From positions 1 through 32,958 of the IMG/VR virus record IMGVR_UViG_3300017613_000633: DNA of 32,958 nucleotides. The stretch is one strand, 5' to 3'. This document shows, one piece after another, positions 1 through 7,249 of this stretch. The notes under the pieces were generated by a model. That model did no database searches, was not told where the DNA came from, and saw nothing but the letters and a program-made list of their open reading frames with translations. Numbering within the stretch: position 1 is the first letter of the stretch; every line of letters begins with the position of its first letter. This DNA is from a virus. The translations under genes were made by a program, and so were the position numbers.

Positions 1-121
1 ACTATCTAGGCGCTCTGGTGTTGGAGTCACTACAATCCATAACTGGATTACGGGGCATTCTACTCCTACCATGTTAAATCTCACGGCGTTTATTGTCTCT
101 TGCGGGTATGCTGGATTTAAA
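1..121. repeat. Terminal direct repeat, copy 1 (identical to 32838..32958); circular-closure overlap or terminal redundancy
   Basis: Read base by base: 1-121 equals 32838-32958 with no mismatch. The repeat cuts through an ORF that is continuous across the junction. Confidence 0.95.
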
Positions 122-160
122 TATACCATTAAAAATGGATATGAGTTGGTGCCACTATGA
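2..160 (+). CDS. Small helix-turn-helix DNA-binding protein, 3' part (ORF starts at 32785 and continues across the circular junction; 70 aa in total)
   Basis: The frame is continuous through the repeat: MTYIDIITKAKGRQSLSSLSRRSGVGVTTIHNWITGHSTPTMLNLTAFIVSCGYAGFKYTIKNGYELVPL*. The segment LSRRSGVGVTTIHNWITG reads as an XRE/Cro-type HTH. Stop TGA at 158-160. Confidence 0.6.
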   Translation, partial: LSRRSGVGVTTIHNWITGHSTPTMLNLTAFIVSCGYAGFKYTIKNGYELVPL

Positions 161-303
161 AATTCTTAACACCCGAAGATAAGGCCGAGGCAATACGCCT
201 TTACGCTAAAGAAGATATTCCTATAGTCGAGATAGCTTATGCGCTTAAATGCTCACCTGATGTGATAGAGCGCATGTTACGGGCAGAGGGGCAGTTATTG
301 TGA
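157..303 (+). CDS. Small protein (48 aa) with HTH-like core
   Basis: ATG at 157 overlaps the upstream stop (ATGA). Translation: MKFLTPEDKAEAIRLYAKEDIPIVEIAYALKCSPDVIERMLRAEGQLL*. The pattern resembles short resolvase/terminase-type HTH domains. It is below the ORF-track size cutoff. Confidence 0.45.
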   Translation: MKFLTPEDKAEAIRLYAKEDIPIVEIAYALKCSPDVIERMLRAEGQLL

Positions 304-410
304 GTCGCAAGCCAGTAAATAAACAGGCAGAAAAAACGGTATGGGATAAGAAGCTAGCAAAGCGGAAAGAGGCTGAGACTTACAAAGAATTGCTAAAGTT
401 ATTTAAGTAA
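300..410 (+). CDS. Possible 36-aa basic peptide (GTG start)
   Basis: GTG at 300 overlaps the upstream stop (GTGA). Translation: SRKPVNKQAEKTVWDKKLAKRKEAETYKELLKLFK*. It ends directly before a hairpin plus T-run. The call rests on coupling only. Confidence 0.25.
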   Translation: MSRKPVNKQAEKTVWDKKLAKRKEAETYKELLKLFK

Positions 411-437
411 CGGAATCCAGTTGTATCCGTATTTTTT
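410..437 (+). terminator. Candidate intrinsic terminator ending the rightward operon
   Basis: 5-bp stem ACGGA (410-414) / TCCGT (426-430) followed by TTTTTT (432-437), immediately after the last rightward stop codon. Confidence 0.4.
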
Positions 438-492
438 AAGGGGTAGAGAAATGCGCAATAGAAGATTAGGGTATTATTCAATTAATAGGCAC

Positions 493-521
493 TTGCAGTT
501 GTTTTGGTGTATGGTTATATT
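493..521 (+). promoter_or_regulatory. Candidate sigma70-type promoter in the convergent intergenic region
   Basis: TTGCAG (493-498), 17-nt spacer, TATATT (516-521). No credible ORF lies downstream; a terminator hairpin lies about 80 nt downstream. Confidence 0.3.
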
Positions 522-596
522 GTTATCTGCTTTCGTAGTGGTCGGGATTTAAACCCCGTTCCCGTAGTTTGTCGCTATCCACGTCAAGACACCCTT

Positions 597-617
597 AACC
601 CCTTAATTGGGGTTTTT
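597..617 (+). terminator. Intrinsic terminator-like hairpin (plus-strand orientation)
   Basis: AACCCC (597-602), loop TTAATT, GGGGTT (609-614) running into a T-run to 617. Confidence 0.5.
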
Positions 618-649
618 GGGTGCCAGTACTGCAAGAACTGGTTAACAAT

Positions 650-697
650 AGTAAAACCCTCCCTGCTACCCATCAGAACAGCACCCTGCGGAGGGTT
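650..697 (-). terminator. Candidate terminator for the leftward late operon
   Basis: 8-bp stem AACCCTCC (655-662) / GGAGGGTT (690-697) with a 27-nt loop. On the minus strand the stem runs into TTTTAC. It lies about 85 nt past the last leftward stop (782). Confidence 0.3.
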
Positions 698-781
698 AAT
701 TTAGTTTATTGAGTAGGTGGTTGTGGTGTAACGGTAGCATTACAGGTTATAGCTTAGGCTAAGTCGGGAGCCGCTGCAGTA

Positions 782-1138
782 TCACAGTGATTCTTTGATG
801 ATATAAACCAGTATTGAAACAAGCATCCCGATTGATACCCATTTAAGCTGACGGGCTTCTTTCTTAAACTCAGCTGTCAGTGCTTGGTTGATCTTTATGT
901 TTCCTATGTCCTCACCTTGCTTATCCAGCCTGGTGGTTAGCATGTTAACATTGGTTGCAATGTTGTTAATCTCCACTTGCTGAACCTGTGTGACTGCCAC
1001 CATGTCAGTTAATTTCTCTAAGTTAGCAGATACCAAATTATTAAATTCTCTTTGTGAGTCTTTAAACTCTTTATGTGAGATTTTAAATTCGTCTATCTTT
1101 TGCTCAACCCTCTTGATCTCGCTCATGTCGTCGCTCAT
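782..1138 (-). CDS. Tail-anchored coiled-coil membrane protein (lysis-cassette position, function unknown)
   Basis: 118 aa. The N-terminal two thirds are charged and heptad-like, and there is a single C-terminal hydrophobic segment WVSIGMLVSILVYII. ATGA overlap with the upstream ORF. It is the last gene of the leftward operon. Confidence 0.6.
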   Translation of the reverse strand: MSDDMSEIKRVEQKIDEFKISHKEFKDSQREFNNLVSANLEKLTDMVAVTQVQQVEINNIATNVNMLTTRLDKQGEDIGNIKINQALTAEFKKEARQLKWVSIGMLVSILVYIIKESL

Positions 1139-1536
1139 TCAATTTTATCCATGCAAACAAGGTTAATCTTGCGCTGGTTATTATAAGAGACAAGCATATT
1201 ATTGATATAAGTAGCAATGCTTGTGATTCCTTTTAATAATAGCATTATCTCGACCACCTCCGTTATTAGACTTAAGTTTAATGGTGCGTACCATAAGGAA
1301 TAACTTAAACTGTTATAAAATCCAATTTGGATAAGAAAATGACACATTGAGGTTATTAAATTAACCGTTGCATACAATAATAGCAGCTTGTTGTTGTATT
1401 TTATATAAAGCATTGCCGATATTGCCGACACAGCAGCATATGAAGCACTACAGGCAAAGTAATAATGCTCTGGTGTAAATCCATCAACTAGATAGATAAG
1501 CGCGTACATAAGCGATACAACGGCAATATTAATCAT
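1135..1536 (-). CDS. Four-TM small membrane protein, holin candidate
   Basis: 133 aa with four hydrophobic segments (INIAVVSLMYALIYLV, SYAAVSAISAMLYI, LLLLYATVNLITSMCHFLI, ITEVVEIMLLL). The holin call is from position and topology only. Confidence 0.55.
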   Translation of the reverse strand: MINIAVVSLMYALIYLVDGFTPEHYYFACSASYAAVSAISAMLYIKYNNKLLLLYATVNLITSMCHFLIQIGFYNSLSYSLWYAPLNLSLITEVVEIMLLLKGITSIATYINNMLVSYNNQRKINLVCMDKIE

Positions 1537-1622
1537 TTCTTAGGTTTTTTAGCTGGCTTCTTGGCTGGCTTTTTAATTAAGGTTATTGGTGGCGGTTTGC
1601 CTTTGTCTTTACTACGTGCCAT
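1533..1622 (-). CDS. Possible 29-aa Lys/Pro-rich micropeptide
   Basis: Translation: MARSKDKGKPPPITLIKKPAKKPAKKPKK*. Its ATG lies 1 nt after the upstream stop, and its stop overlaps the downstream ATG (ATGA). It is below the ORF-track cutoff. Confidence 0.3.
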   Translation of the reverse strand: MARSKDKGKPPPITLIKKPAKKPAKKPKK

Positions 1623-1623
1623 T

Positions 1624-1989
1624 TTATACCCCTGTTATAACAATTTCATTGCCAACCAAGACCAAACGCAAAGAAAAGATAGCAGTCAACTTTTGATTCC
1701 AAGTTAACTCACCTCCGTCTGTGTATTTTAATAGCTCTTTGTTGAATGAATTGACAATACTTACCGCCATATCTTCGGTGTTGGGGTATATATCCTCTTG
1801 AACGTCAAGCCATAAAACATCATACTCTTTAATTACCTTCCAGTCCGAGCCGTCTTTTTTTAGAAGTTTCGGTTGTAAAATGTCGGGGTGGCTGGGGTTG
1901 TTTATATCAAATAAGCCAGCGTAAAAATCGTGTCCGCTTAGTTTAAATTGATATCCGCTCACTGCATCTGTAATATTCATTGTTTTCAC
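1624..1989 (-). CDS. Hypothetical protein (121 aa)
   Basis: Intact ORF in the operon orientation with no recognisable motif. Confidence 0.55.
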   Translation of the reverse strand: MKTMNITDAVSGYQFKLSGHDFYAGLFDINNPSHPDILQPKLLKKDGSDWKVIKEYDVLWLDVQEDIYPNTEDMAVSIVNSFNKELLKYTDGGELTWNQKLTAIFSLRLVLVGNEIVITGV

Positions 1990-2043
1990 CTCATTTGTTA
2001 ACTCTAACAGTATAGCATTTGCCTATTTCTACTGCGCGTCATT

Positions 2044-2412
2044 TTATTTCTCTTTTGTGTAGTGCGCCTCATCACGCTCAATGCTTGCAACGCAATGATT
2101 GTGCTGCCCTACCGCTACAAGGAACAAGAAATCAACCACCACAGCCATTGCCGAGGCTGTCTTGCTGCCCTGCAATTTCATATATCCAATTTTACTGCTG
2201 ATTGTTATGTCTGGATTGCCTCCAAATATAACATTTACATCTTGGTCTTGAGCTATCCATAGATTGTAGCGATAAGGCCGTAAACGCTTAAATGGTATAG
2301 CAATCAGGGTTAATGCCACCTGATACCAGCCCCGCCATGTAAGGAATATCAAAGCGCTCCAAACAATAACGATGCCTAGAAGTATCATTTTAGCTTTAAC
2401 CCAAGCCCTCAC
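2044..2412 (-). CDS. Membrane protein (122 aa), two N-terminal TM helices
   Basis: Hydrophobic segments MILLGIVIVWSALIFLTW and YQVALTLIAIPF. 4-nt overlap with the upstream ORF. Confidence 0.6.
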   Translation of the reverse strand: MRAWVKAKMILLGIVIVWSALIFLTWRGWYQVALTLIAIPFKRLRPYRYNLWIAQDQDVNVIFGGNPDITISSKIGYMKLQGSKTASAMAVVVDFLFLVAVGQHNHCVASIERDEAHYTKEK

Positions 2413-2792
2413 TTTTTATATTCCTCATCGGCTGTTCCGTCAACTAAAATTTCAGCCACTCTGGGCGCTAACAGTATGCCTATCGCCACCAAGTAGTTCA
2501 GCGCGTCAGTGTTAGATTGCATGTCTAAATCGACATAAGTTGTCATCTCTAGTTCTTCTTTTATATCAATAACAATGTCATCAGTTGACTTGCGTATTAG
2601 TGTGCGTTCAGGCTGGGTTAAGCGGTTTCTAAATGATCGCTTTGAGATGTGTCGTATTGGTTGTGGTGCATCTACAGTGGAACTATAGGCTTGCTGTTGC
2701 CAGCCTTGACCAACTGGAATCCGATACTGCTCACCCTCAACCAAATCAGCCTCTACGCAATCAGTCCAGACCCCATCTATTAATTTTTGCAT
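2409..2792 (-). CDS. Hypothetical protein (127 aa)
   Basis: Intact ORF, tightly packed in the operon orientation. Confidence 0.55.
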   Translation of the reverse strand: MQKLIDGVWTDCVEADLVEGEQYRIPVGQGWQQQAYSSTVDAPQPIRHISKRSFRNRLTQPERTLIRKSTDDIVIDIKEELEMTTYVDLDMQSNTDALNYLVAIGILLAPRVAEILVDGTADEEYKK

Positions 2793-2795
2793 TTA

Positions 2796-3212
2796 TTATA
2801 CTCCGAATTGGTAGCCGTAGTGAATTGTGGTGCCTGTTGAGCCTGTGTCCTTTACAATTGTAATGACTTCGTCAATACCGCCTTGTATTGGTGGTACTTG
2901 TGCTGCTTGCTCATCAGCTGATGTATTAGAGTTAAGACCAGAGCCAATAAAAAACTCATTTGCCAGCCCGCTATCGGCTCCAACTAAAGTTTTAGATGTA
3001 ACCGCATCAACGCCCGATATCCTAACTGAGATGACCGTTTCCTTGCTGGCGCTATCGGTTGATAGATTAAGTAGCTTAACCGCCTCACCAGATGGCGGGG
3101 TAAGTGTAACTATGTCGCCAGAAGCCCCGCTTGATAAAATCACTATACCACTCGTCACTGACGGCGTGAAAGATCCACCACCACCACCTAAGAACCCTGT
3201 GTTAATTGTCAT
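2796..3212 (-). CDS. Hypothetical virion/tail-associated protein (138 aa)
   Basis: Gly-rich N-terminus (FLGGGGGSF) and a Ser/Thr/Val-rich beta-type composition. It sits directly downstream of the tailspike-like gene. Confidence 0.5.
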   Translation of the reverse strand: MTINTGFLGGGGGSFTPSVTSGIVILSSGASGDIVTLTPPSGEAVKLLNLSTDSASKETVISVRISGVDAVTSKTLVGADSGLANEFFIGSGLNSNTSADEQAAQVPPIQGGIDEVITIVKDTGSTGTTIHYGYQFGV

Positions 3213-3213
3213 T

Positions 3214-4122
3214 CTATACCCCCCAATCGCTTATTCCGTCTGACGTTAGCGTTAATGATATGCTAACCCCTGAATTAAATGTAATGCTCGTGTCTGTGCC
3301 GCCTGAGTAGCTTATTGTATCACTTCCAGACCTTGTAACTACAGGCTGTGATGCTCTGTACGCATCAGGTAAATCTATTTGGATTGTCTGGTTAGCACTG
3401 ACCGAGTTTGCAAGGGGTAATGTATAACCTGCGTTTCCGTCTCTCAACTCGTTTATGCGCAAAGCAGATAAAGCGCCTCCGCCCGTGTGAGGTATAACAG
3501 TAACTAGGTTATCCGTTAGGCTTTCTAGCGCTGTTACCTCTGGCAGCTTAGACCCATTTAAGGCGGGTAGCCAGTTTGTTCCGCCATCCGTTGTGGGTTC
3601 GTTTGCAAGATTAGCGTCAACTAGTGAGCGCCATAAATAACCATCGTTTGATTGTGCAATATCGCCAGTTGAGTAAGGCTTTTGACTGTTATATACATCT
3701 ATAAACCTAATCTCCATCCAGAAGGAATTTGCATTAGGTGTTAATGTAGGGTCATTGCCTTGGTTGGTATCTTGTAGTGATATGTAAAACACACCTAAAG
3801 CGGTTTTTGCTATATCGTCTTTGTCATATACAACCGTTTCATCATATACCTCAAAATCACCCAAGGCACCTTCACCACCTACTGGGTCACGCTCCCACAC
3901 TTGCTGGCTATCTGCGTCTTGCAATACAACCCTAGCCTTTCCAGTGTAAAAGGTATTAGGAACTCGGCCTAAAGCATCAAGCTCAACAGGGTTAGTGTTG
4001 GCTATGGTTTCTAGGTCATCTTTATATGTGGTTAATGGGCTGTTTGTGCCTGACTTGTAAAAGTAAAGCTTTCCGTATGGTGGGTATGAAAACCCCGGAA
4101 CTGGATTTATAAATCTTGGCAT
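3214..4122 (-). CDS. Tailspike/tail fiber protein with P22-like head-binding N-terminal domain
   Basis: 302 aa. The N-terminus PYGKLYFYKSGTNSPLTTYKDDLETIANTNPVELDALGRVP...VVLQDADSQQVWERDPV follows the pattern I recall for the P22 tailspike head-binding domain. Not searched. Confidence 0.55.
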   Translation of the reverse strand: MPRFINPVPGFSYPPYGKLYFYKSGTNSPLTTYKDDLETIANTNPVELDALGRVPNTFYTGKARVVLQDADSQQVWERDPVGGEGALGDFEVYDETVVYDKDDIAKTALGVFYISLQDTNQGNDPTLTPNANSFWMEIRFIDVYNSQKPYSTGDIAQSNDGYLWRSLVDANLANEPTTDGGTNWLPALNGSKLPEVTALESLTDNLVTVIPHTGGGALSALRINELRDGNAGYTLPLANSVSANQTIQIDLPDAYRASQPVVTRSGSDTISYSGGTDTSITFNSGVSISLTLTSDGISDWGV

Positions 4123-6095
4123 TAATTGTCACCTTCTTCTTCGTTAGATGGGTTTATTATTATGCCAAACCCAGTCGCTCGTTTTGATTCTCTAAGCATT
4201 TTATCAAATATCTCGCCAGCTTTCGATGATGTCGCCTCTAAGTTTCTTAGCTTATCCCAATCACTGTTCCATGATGGATCAAATAAAACATCCGCCATTT
4301 GGCTAACCCTCTTATTGAATGCCGCTTCTTCACCAACACCTAGCGTAGTATCAATTGGAGACCTAACTAAGTTTCTGATTGACTGAATTATTCCGCCCCT
4401 CATCTCTTTCGATATCTCTGCCCTGACCCCAGTTTGAGAACCGCCTGGGCGACCCTTGCTCGCTCTTTTTAATGCTGTTTCTAGGTATTTTAATTTCTTC
4501 CTTACTTCTGGCGTGGCGGCCTCATAAAGAACGCGCCTGCTTTTTTCATTACCATAAATTGAATTATACAATTGACTGGGTACGTTTTCAGTAGATGCTG
4601 ATTGAGATAGTTCGCCTAAGTCTGATCGCATTCTTCCCATTCTACGTTGCAACTCAGACCTCAAAAGCATATCCCACGCATCAGGGTCGATATCTTTTAT
4701 TGTTTTCTTGGCATTCTTTATGACGTTGGTGTCTGTCTCGGATGGGTCAAAAACCTGCTTTGATAGCTGCTTTAATTGCAAGTCATCAAGCTTAGACGCT
4801 CTACCAATAGGGCTGTCAACCATGGCGTCAACATCGGGTGAAAGTCTTGCAAATTCAGATTTTGCAGCCCTATATGATGGGCTTTGAGATGTTAAATCAT
4901 CCGTTAAATCTGTAATCACATCAGTCATGTATCGCTTGGTAGTATTCCCTAATGAGTTTTCACCGTAACTATCAATTTTTTGTTGTAACTCTAACTTGGC
5001 ATGGTGTAATTTCTGTAAGTCACCGTTGGCGTTTTTAATCTTAGCCGCTGCTGAATTTAGGTTTTTGGAAATCTCCCCGCTACCATCAAACTGTGCGGCC
5101 ATCTTGTTTATTTTTAATTCAAGATTATCGGTATTAATCAGCTCGGTTTTCCCTTGCCTCTGCCTCCTGAACGCCTGCTTATAAATTGGCGATGAGTATT
5201 CAGAGCGTATAGCTTTGATCTTTTCAACAGACTTTTCCGCTGCCGTTCTAAACCTTGCTCCAGCGTCAGTGATTGAATTTGGTGGTGCTATTGACTCTAA
5301 AACCCTATCAACAGCCTCGGCTGATTGCGCGTTTTGTATTGATAATTCACGCCTAGCTTTTGCCGCGCCACTTGGAAGCTGTGAAACAAAAGCTTGTCTT
5401 TCAATGTCAGTGGGGTTTAATGTTTTTTGAGCCTTAAAAAGGTCAATTCCCGTTTCTTGTGCTGCTTGGGTTCCTGCTATCTCTGCGTTTAATTGTTCTG
5501 GTATATCTGCGTTCTTGCCTGTTTTATTTGGCTTAAATCCTTGCTTAGCTGGTGTGCTAAGCAGCTTAGCTGGTGACAATTCAAGTGCAATATCAGGTAG
5601 AATACTAACAAATGTCGCTATAGCTGGGCTTTTTGTTTTATCTAACGCGTCTGCTCCCGCCCTATCTTTAAACTCTTTTACGTAGTTTATTATCCCGCTT
5701 AACGGCTCAAGTTTCCTGCCTATATAATCAAAAGCGGCCTGCCCTCTTTCTGTGGGTGGTATTCTGAATTTATCTTGTATGCTCTCTATGGTCTTGGTAG
5801 GGTCGTTGTCTGTAAATGGATTCATTACATCAACTAGGGCTGTTAACCCCCCTGCTATCTCTCCCGCTGCGCTAGAGCCTACTGTTGCGGCTGCGGATAA
5901 TCCGCCAATTAAAGGGTTGTCAATTAATGGATTGCTTGGCTCTTGCTGCTCAACCACCTCAATCTGTGCAGGCTCAGAAGGTTCGGGGTTAGCCCTCCCT
6001 TCTTTTATTTTTGCTACAATCAGCGCTATTGCCCTATCGTCCTTATTGGCTTCGGCTAGCCGTAGTTTTTGAATTAAAAGCTTTTCATCAATCAT
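4122..6095 (-). CDS. Large internal virion / ejection protein candidate (657 aa)
   Basis: Occupies the P22 ejection-protein (gp16) position between the hub and the tailspike. Helical, charged composition with no catalytic motif seen. Confidence 0.45.
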   Translation of the reverse strand: MIDEKLLIQKLRLAEANKDDRAIALIVAKIKEGRANPEPSEPAQIEVVEQQEPSNPLIDNPLIGGLSAAATVGSSAAGEIAGGLTALVDVMNPFTDNDPTKTIESIQDKFRIPPTERGQAAFDYIGRKLEPLSGIINYVKEFKDRAGADALDKTKSPAIATFVSILPDIALELSPAKLLSTPAKQGFKPNKTGKNADIPEQLNAEIAGTQAAQETGIDLFKAQKTLNPTDIERQAFVSQLPSGAAKARRELSIQNAQSAEAVDRVLESIAPPNSITDAGARFRTAAEKSVEKIKAIRSEYSSPIYKQAFRRQRQGKTELINTDNLELKINKMAAQFDGSGEISKNLNSAAAKIKNANGDLQKLHHAKLELQQKIDSYGENSLGNTTKRYMTDVITDLTDDLTSQSPSYRAAKSEFARLSPDVDAMVDSPIGRASKLDDLQLKQLSKQVFDPSETDTNVIKNAKKTIKDIDPDAWDMLLRSELQRRMGRMRSDLGELSQSASTENVPSQLYNSIYGNEKSRRVLYEAATPEVRKKLKYLETALKRASKGRPGGSQTGVRAEISKEMRGGIIQSIRNLVRSPIDTTLGVGEEAAFNKRVSQMADVLFDPSWNSDWDKLRNLEATSSKAGEIFDKMLRESKRATGFGIIINPSNEEEGDN

Positions 6096-6097
6096 AT

Positions 6098-7249
6098 TTA
6101 AAGCCCATACTTGCCGAGAACTTCTTCATCGGTTTCTTTTCTATCCTCAAATTCATAATCTCGCCAACCGTTAATGGTGTCAACCGTCCTTGAGTCACCG
6201 GATGCCTGAGCTGCCGACAAGCCCACATCAACGCGAGCATTAGCCAAGTCTAAACCTTGCTGAATAAGGCGTATATTGGCCTCTGTGCTTTTCCCAAAAC
6301 CCGCTTCCATTGATTCCAGCCATCTAGCTTCGTTTGCTGTGAACTGTGAGCCAAATACTGGTTTAAGTTGCTTCAACACTTGCTTACCTAAGTTATTCAT
6401 TAGCTCGGCTTCATCAGCGCCCTCTATGCCCATAAACTTCTTAAATGCAAGCGCCACTTCTTCTGGCTTTCCTGTATCAACCCTGCCCAATAACTGCAAG
6501 CCTCGTTTCAATACAGGTACTAATTCTGCCGCCTCTAGCCCTGCTGTGATATCTAGCTTCTCCCTAGCAACTAAATCACCAGCCCTAGCCTTTGCTGTAG
6601 CTGTTCTAACTTCAAGTTTGGCTTTGTCTTCTCTGGCCTTCTTGTCTCTAGCGGAAGCTGCTGATAGTACATTTTTAGCCTCAGAGCCTGTAACTCGATT
6701 TCCGTTCTCATCATTGACCCATCTAGACCCGTCATTCATAACGCTAACCACCGCGCCGTTACCGTATATAACTGATTTACTAACTAGTGGGGCTTTTTTA
6801 TCCTTAGCCTCACTAAGAATCCCCAACTTGCCGCCAGCCTGAATAGCCTGACCGAGGGAGTTCATAACTACATCAATGTTCCCAGCTCTAAGGTTGTTTA
6901 GCATGTAGTCGTTAGAAAATGAGTCTCCGCCAAGCTCGTTAATGGTTTCACCTCTACCCTCTAAAAACTGAATTGTTCCTTCAACATCTCCAGAGCCAAG
7001 AATTGCTTGACCCGTAACCATATCATCATACCAAGCCTTTTTACGGTTTTTACTTAATGCGTTAAATGAGCCGACTATTTTATTAGCTCTATCTGGGTCA
7101 ATAGCCATTAGCTGTTGGAAGTCCATTAATTTAGATGGGTCTTGACCGCCTCCCATTTGACCAGCTAACGCACCAGCTAAACGGTTAGACTGCTGAGCCT
7201 GCCCAGCCTTCTGGCCTTGCAGATAATTATTTAGAGGATTAAAAGCCAT
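6098..7249 (-). CDS. Internal virion / ejection protein candidate (383 aa)
   Basis: Q/G-rich N-terminus (NNYLQGQKAGQAQQSNRLAGALAGQMGGGQ). Assigned by position in the ejection-protein block. Confidence 0.45.
   Translation of the reverse strand: MAFNPLNNYLQGQKAGQAQQSNRLAGALAGQMGGGQDPSKLMDFQQLMAIDPDRANKIVGSFNALSKNRKKAWYDDMVTGQAILGSGDVEGTIQFLEGRGETINELGGDSFSNDYMLNNLRAGNIDVVMNSLGQAIQAGGKLGILSEAKDKKAPLVSKSVIYGNGAVVSVMNDGSRWVNDENGNRVTGSEAKNVLSAASARDKKAREDKAKLEVRTATAKARAGDLVAREKLDITAGLEAAELVPVLKRGLQLLGRVDTGKPEEVALAFKKFMGIEGADEAELMNNLGKQVLKQLKPVFGSQFTANEARWLESMEAGFGKSTEANIRLIQQGLDLANARVDVGLSAAQASGDSRTVDTINGWRDYEFEDRKETDEEVLGKYGL

Noticed and set aside
504-704. 66-aa plus-strand track ORF in the convergent intergenic region
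   Set aside because: It has a GTG start without a ribosome site. Its Cys/Pro/Val-rich translation spans two terminator hairpins. The region is better explained as non-coding.
711-779. tRNA-like string (GGTGGTTGTGGTGTAACGGTAGCAT...) in the intergenic gap
   Set aside because: No T-arm (GTTCRANYC-type loop with a 5-bp stem) and no acceptor-stem complementarity can be drawn. The nearby CGGGATTTAAACCCCG (543-558) forms at most a 3-4 bp stem with a non-canonical loop.
2827-3243. 138-aa plus-strand ORF
   Set aside because: It is fully antisense to the coupled leftward genes 2796-3212 and 3214-4122. The low-complexity Pro/Ser translation is typical of a shadow frame.
6276-6842. 188-aa plus-strand ORF
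   Set aside because: It is a shadow ORF antisense to 6098-7249. The Ser/Ala/Leu/Pro-rich translation has no start signals. The same applies to 5752-6072, 4126-4386, 11436-11726 and 12599-12904.
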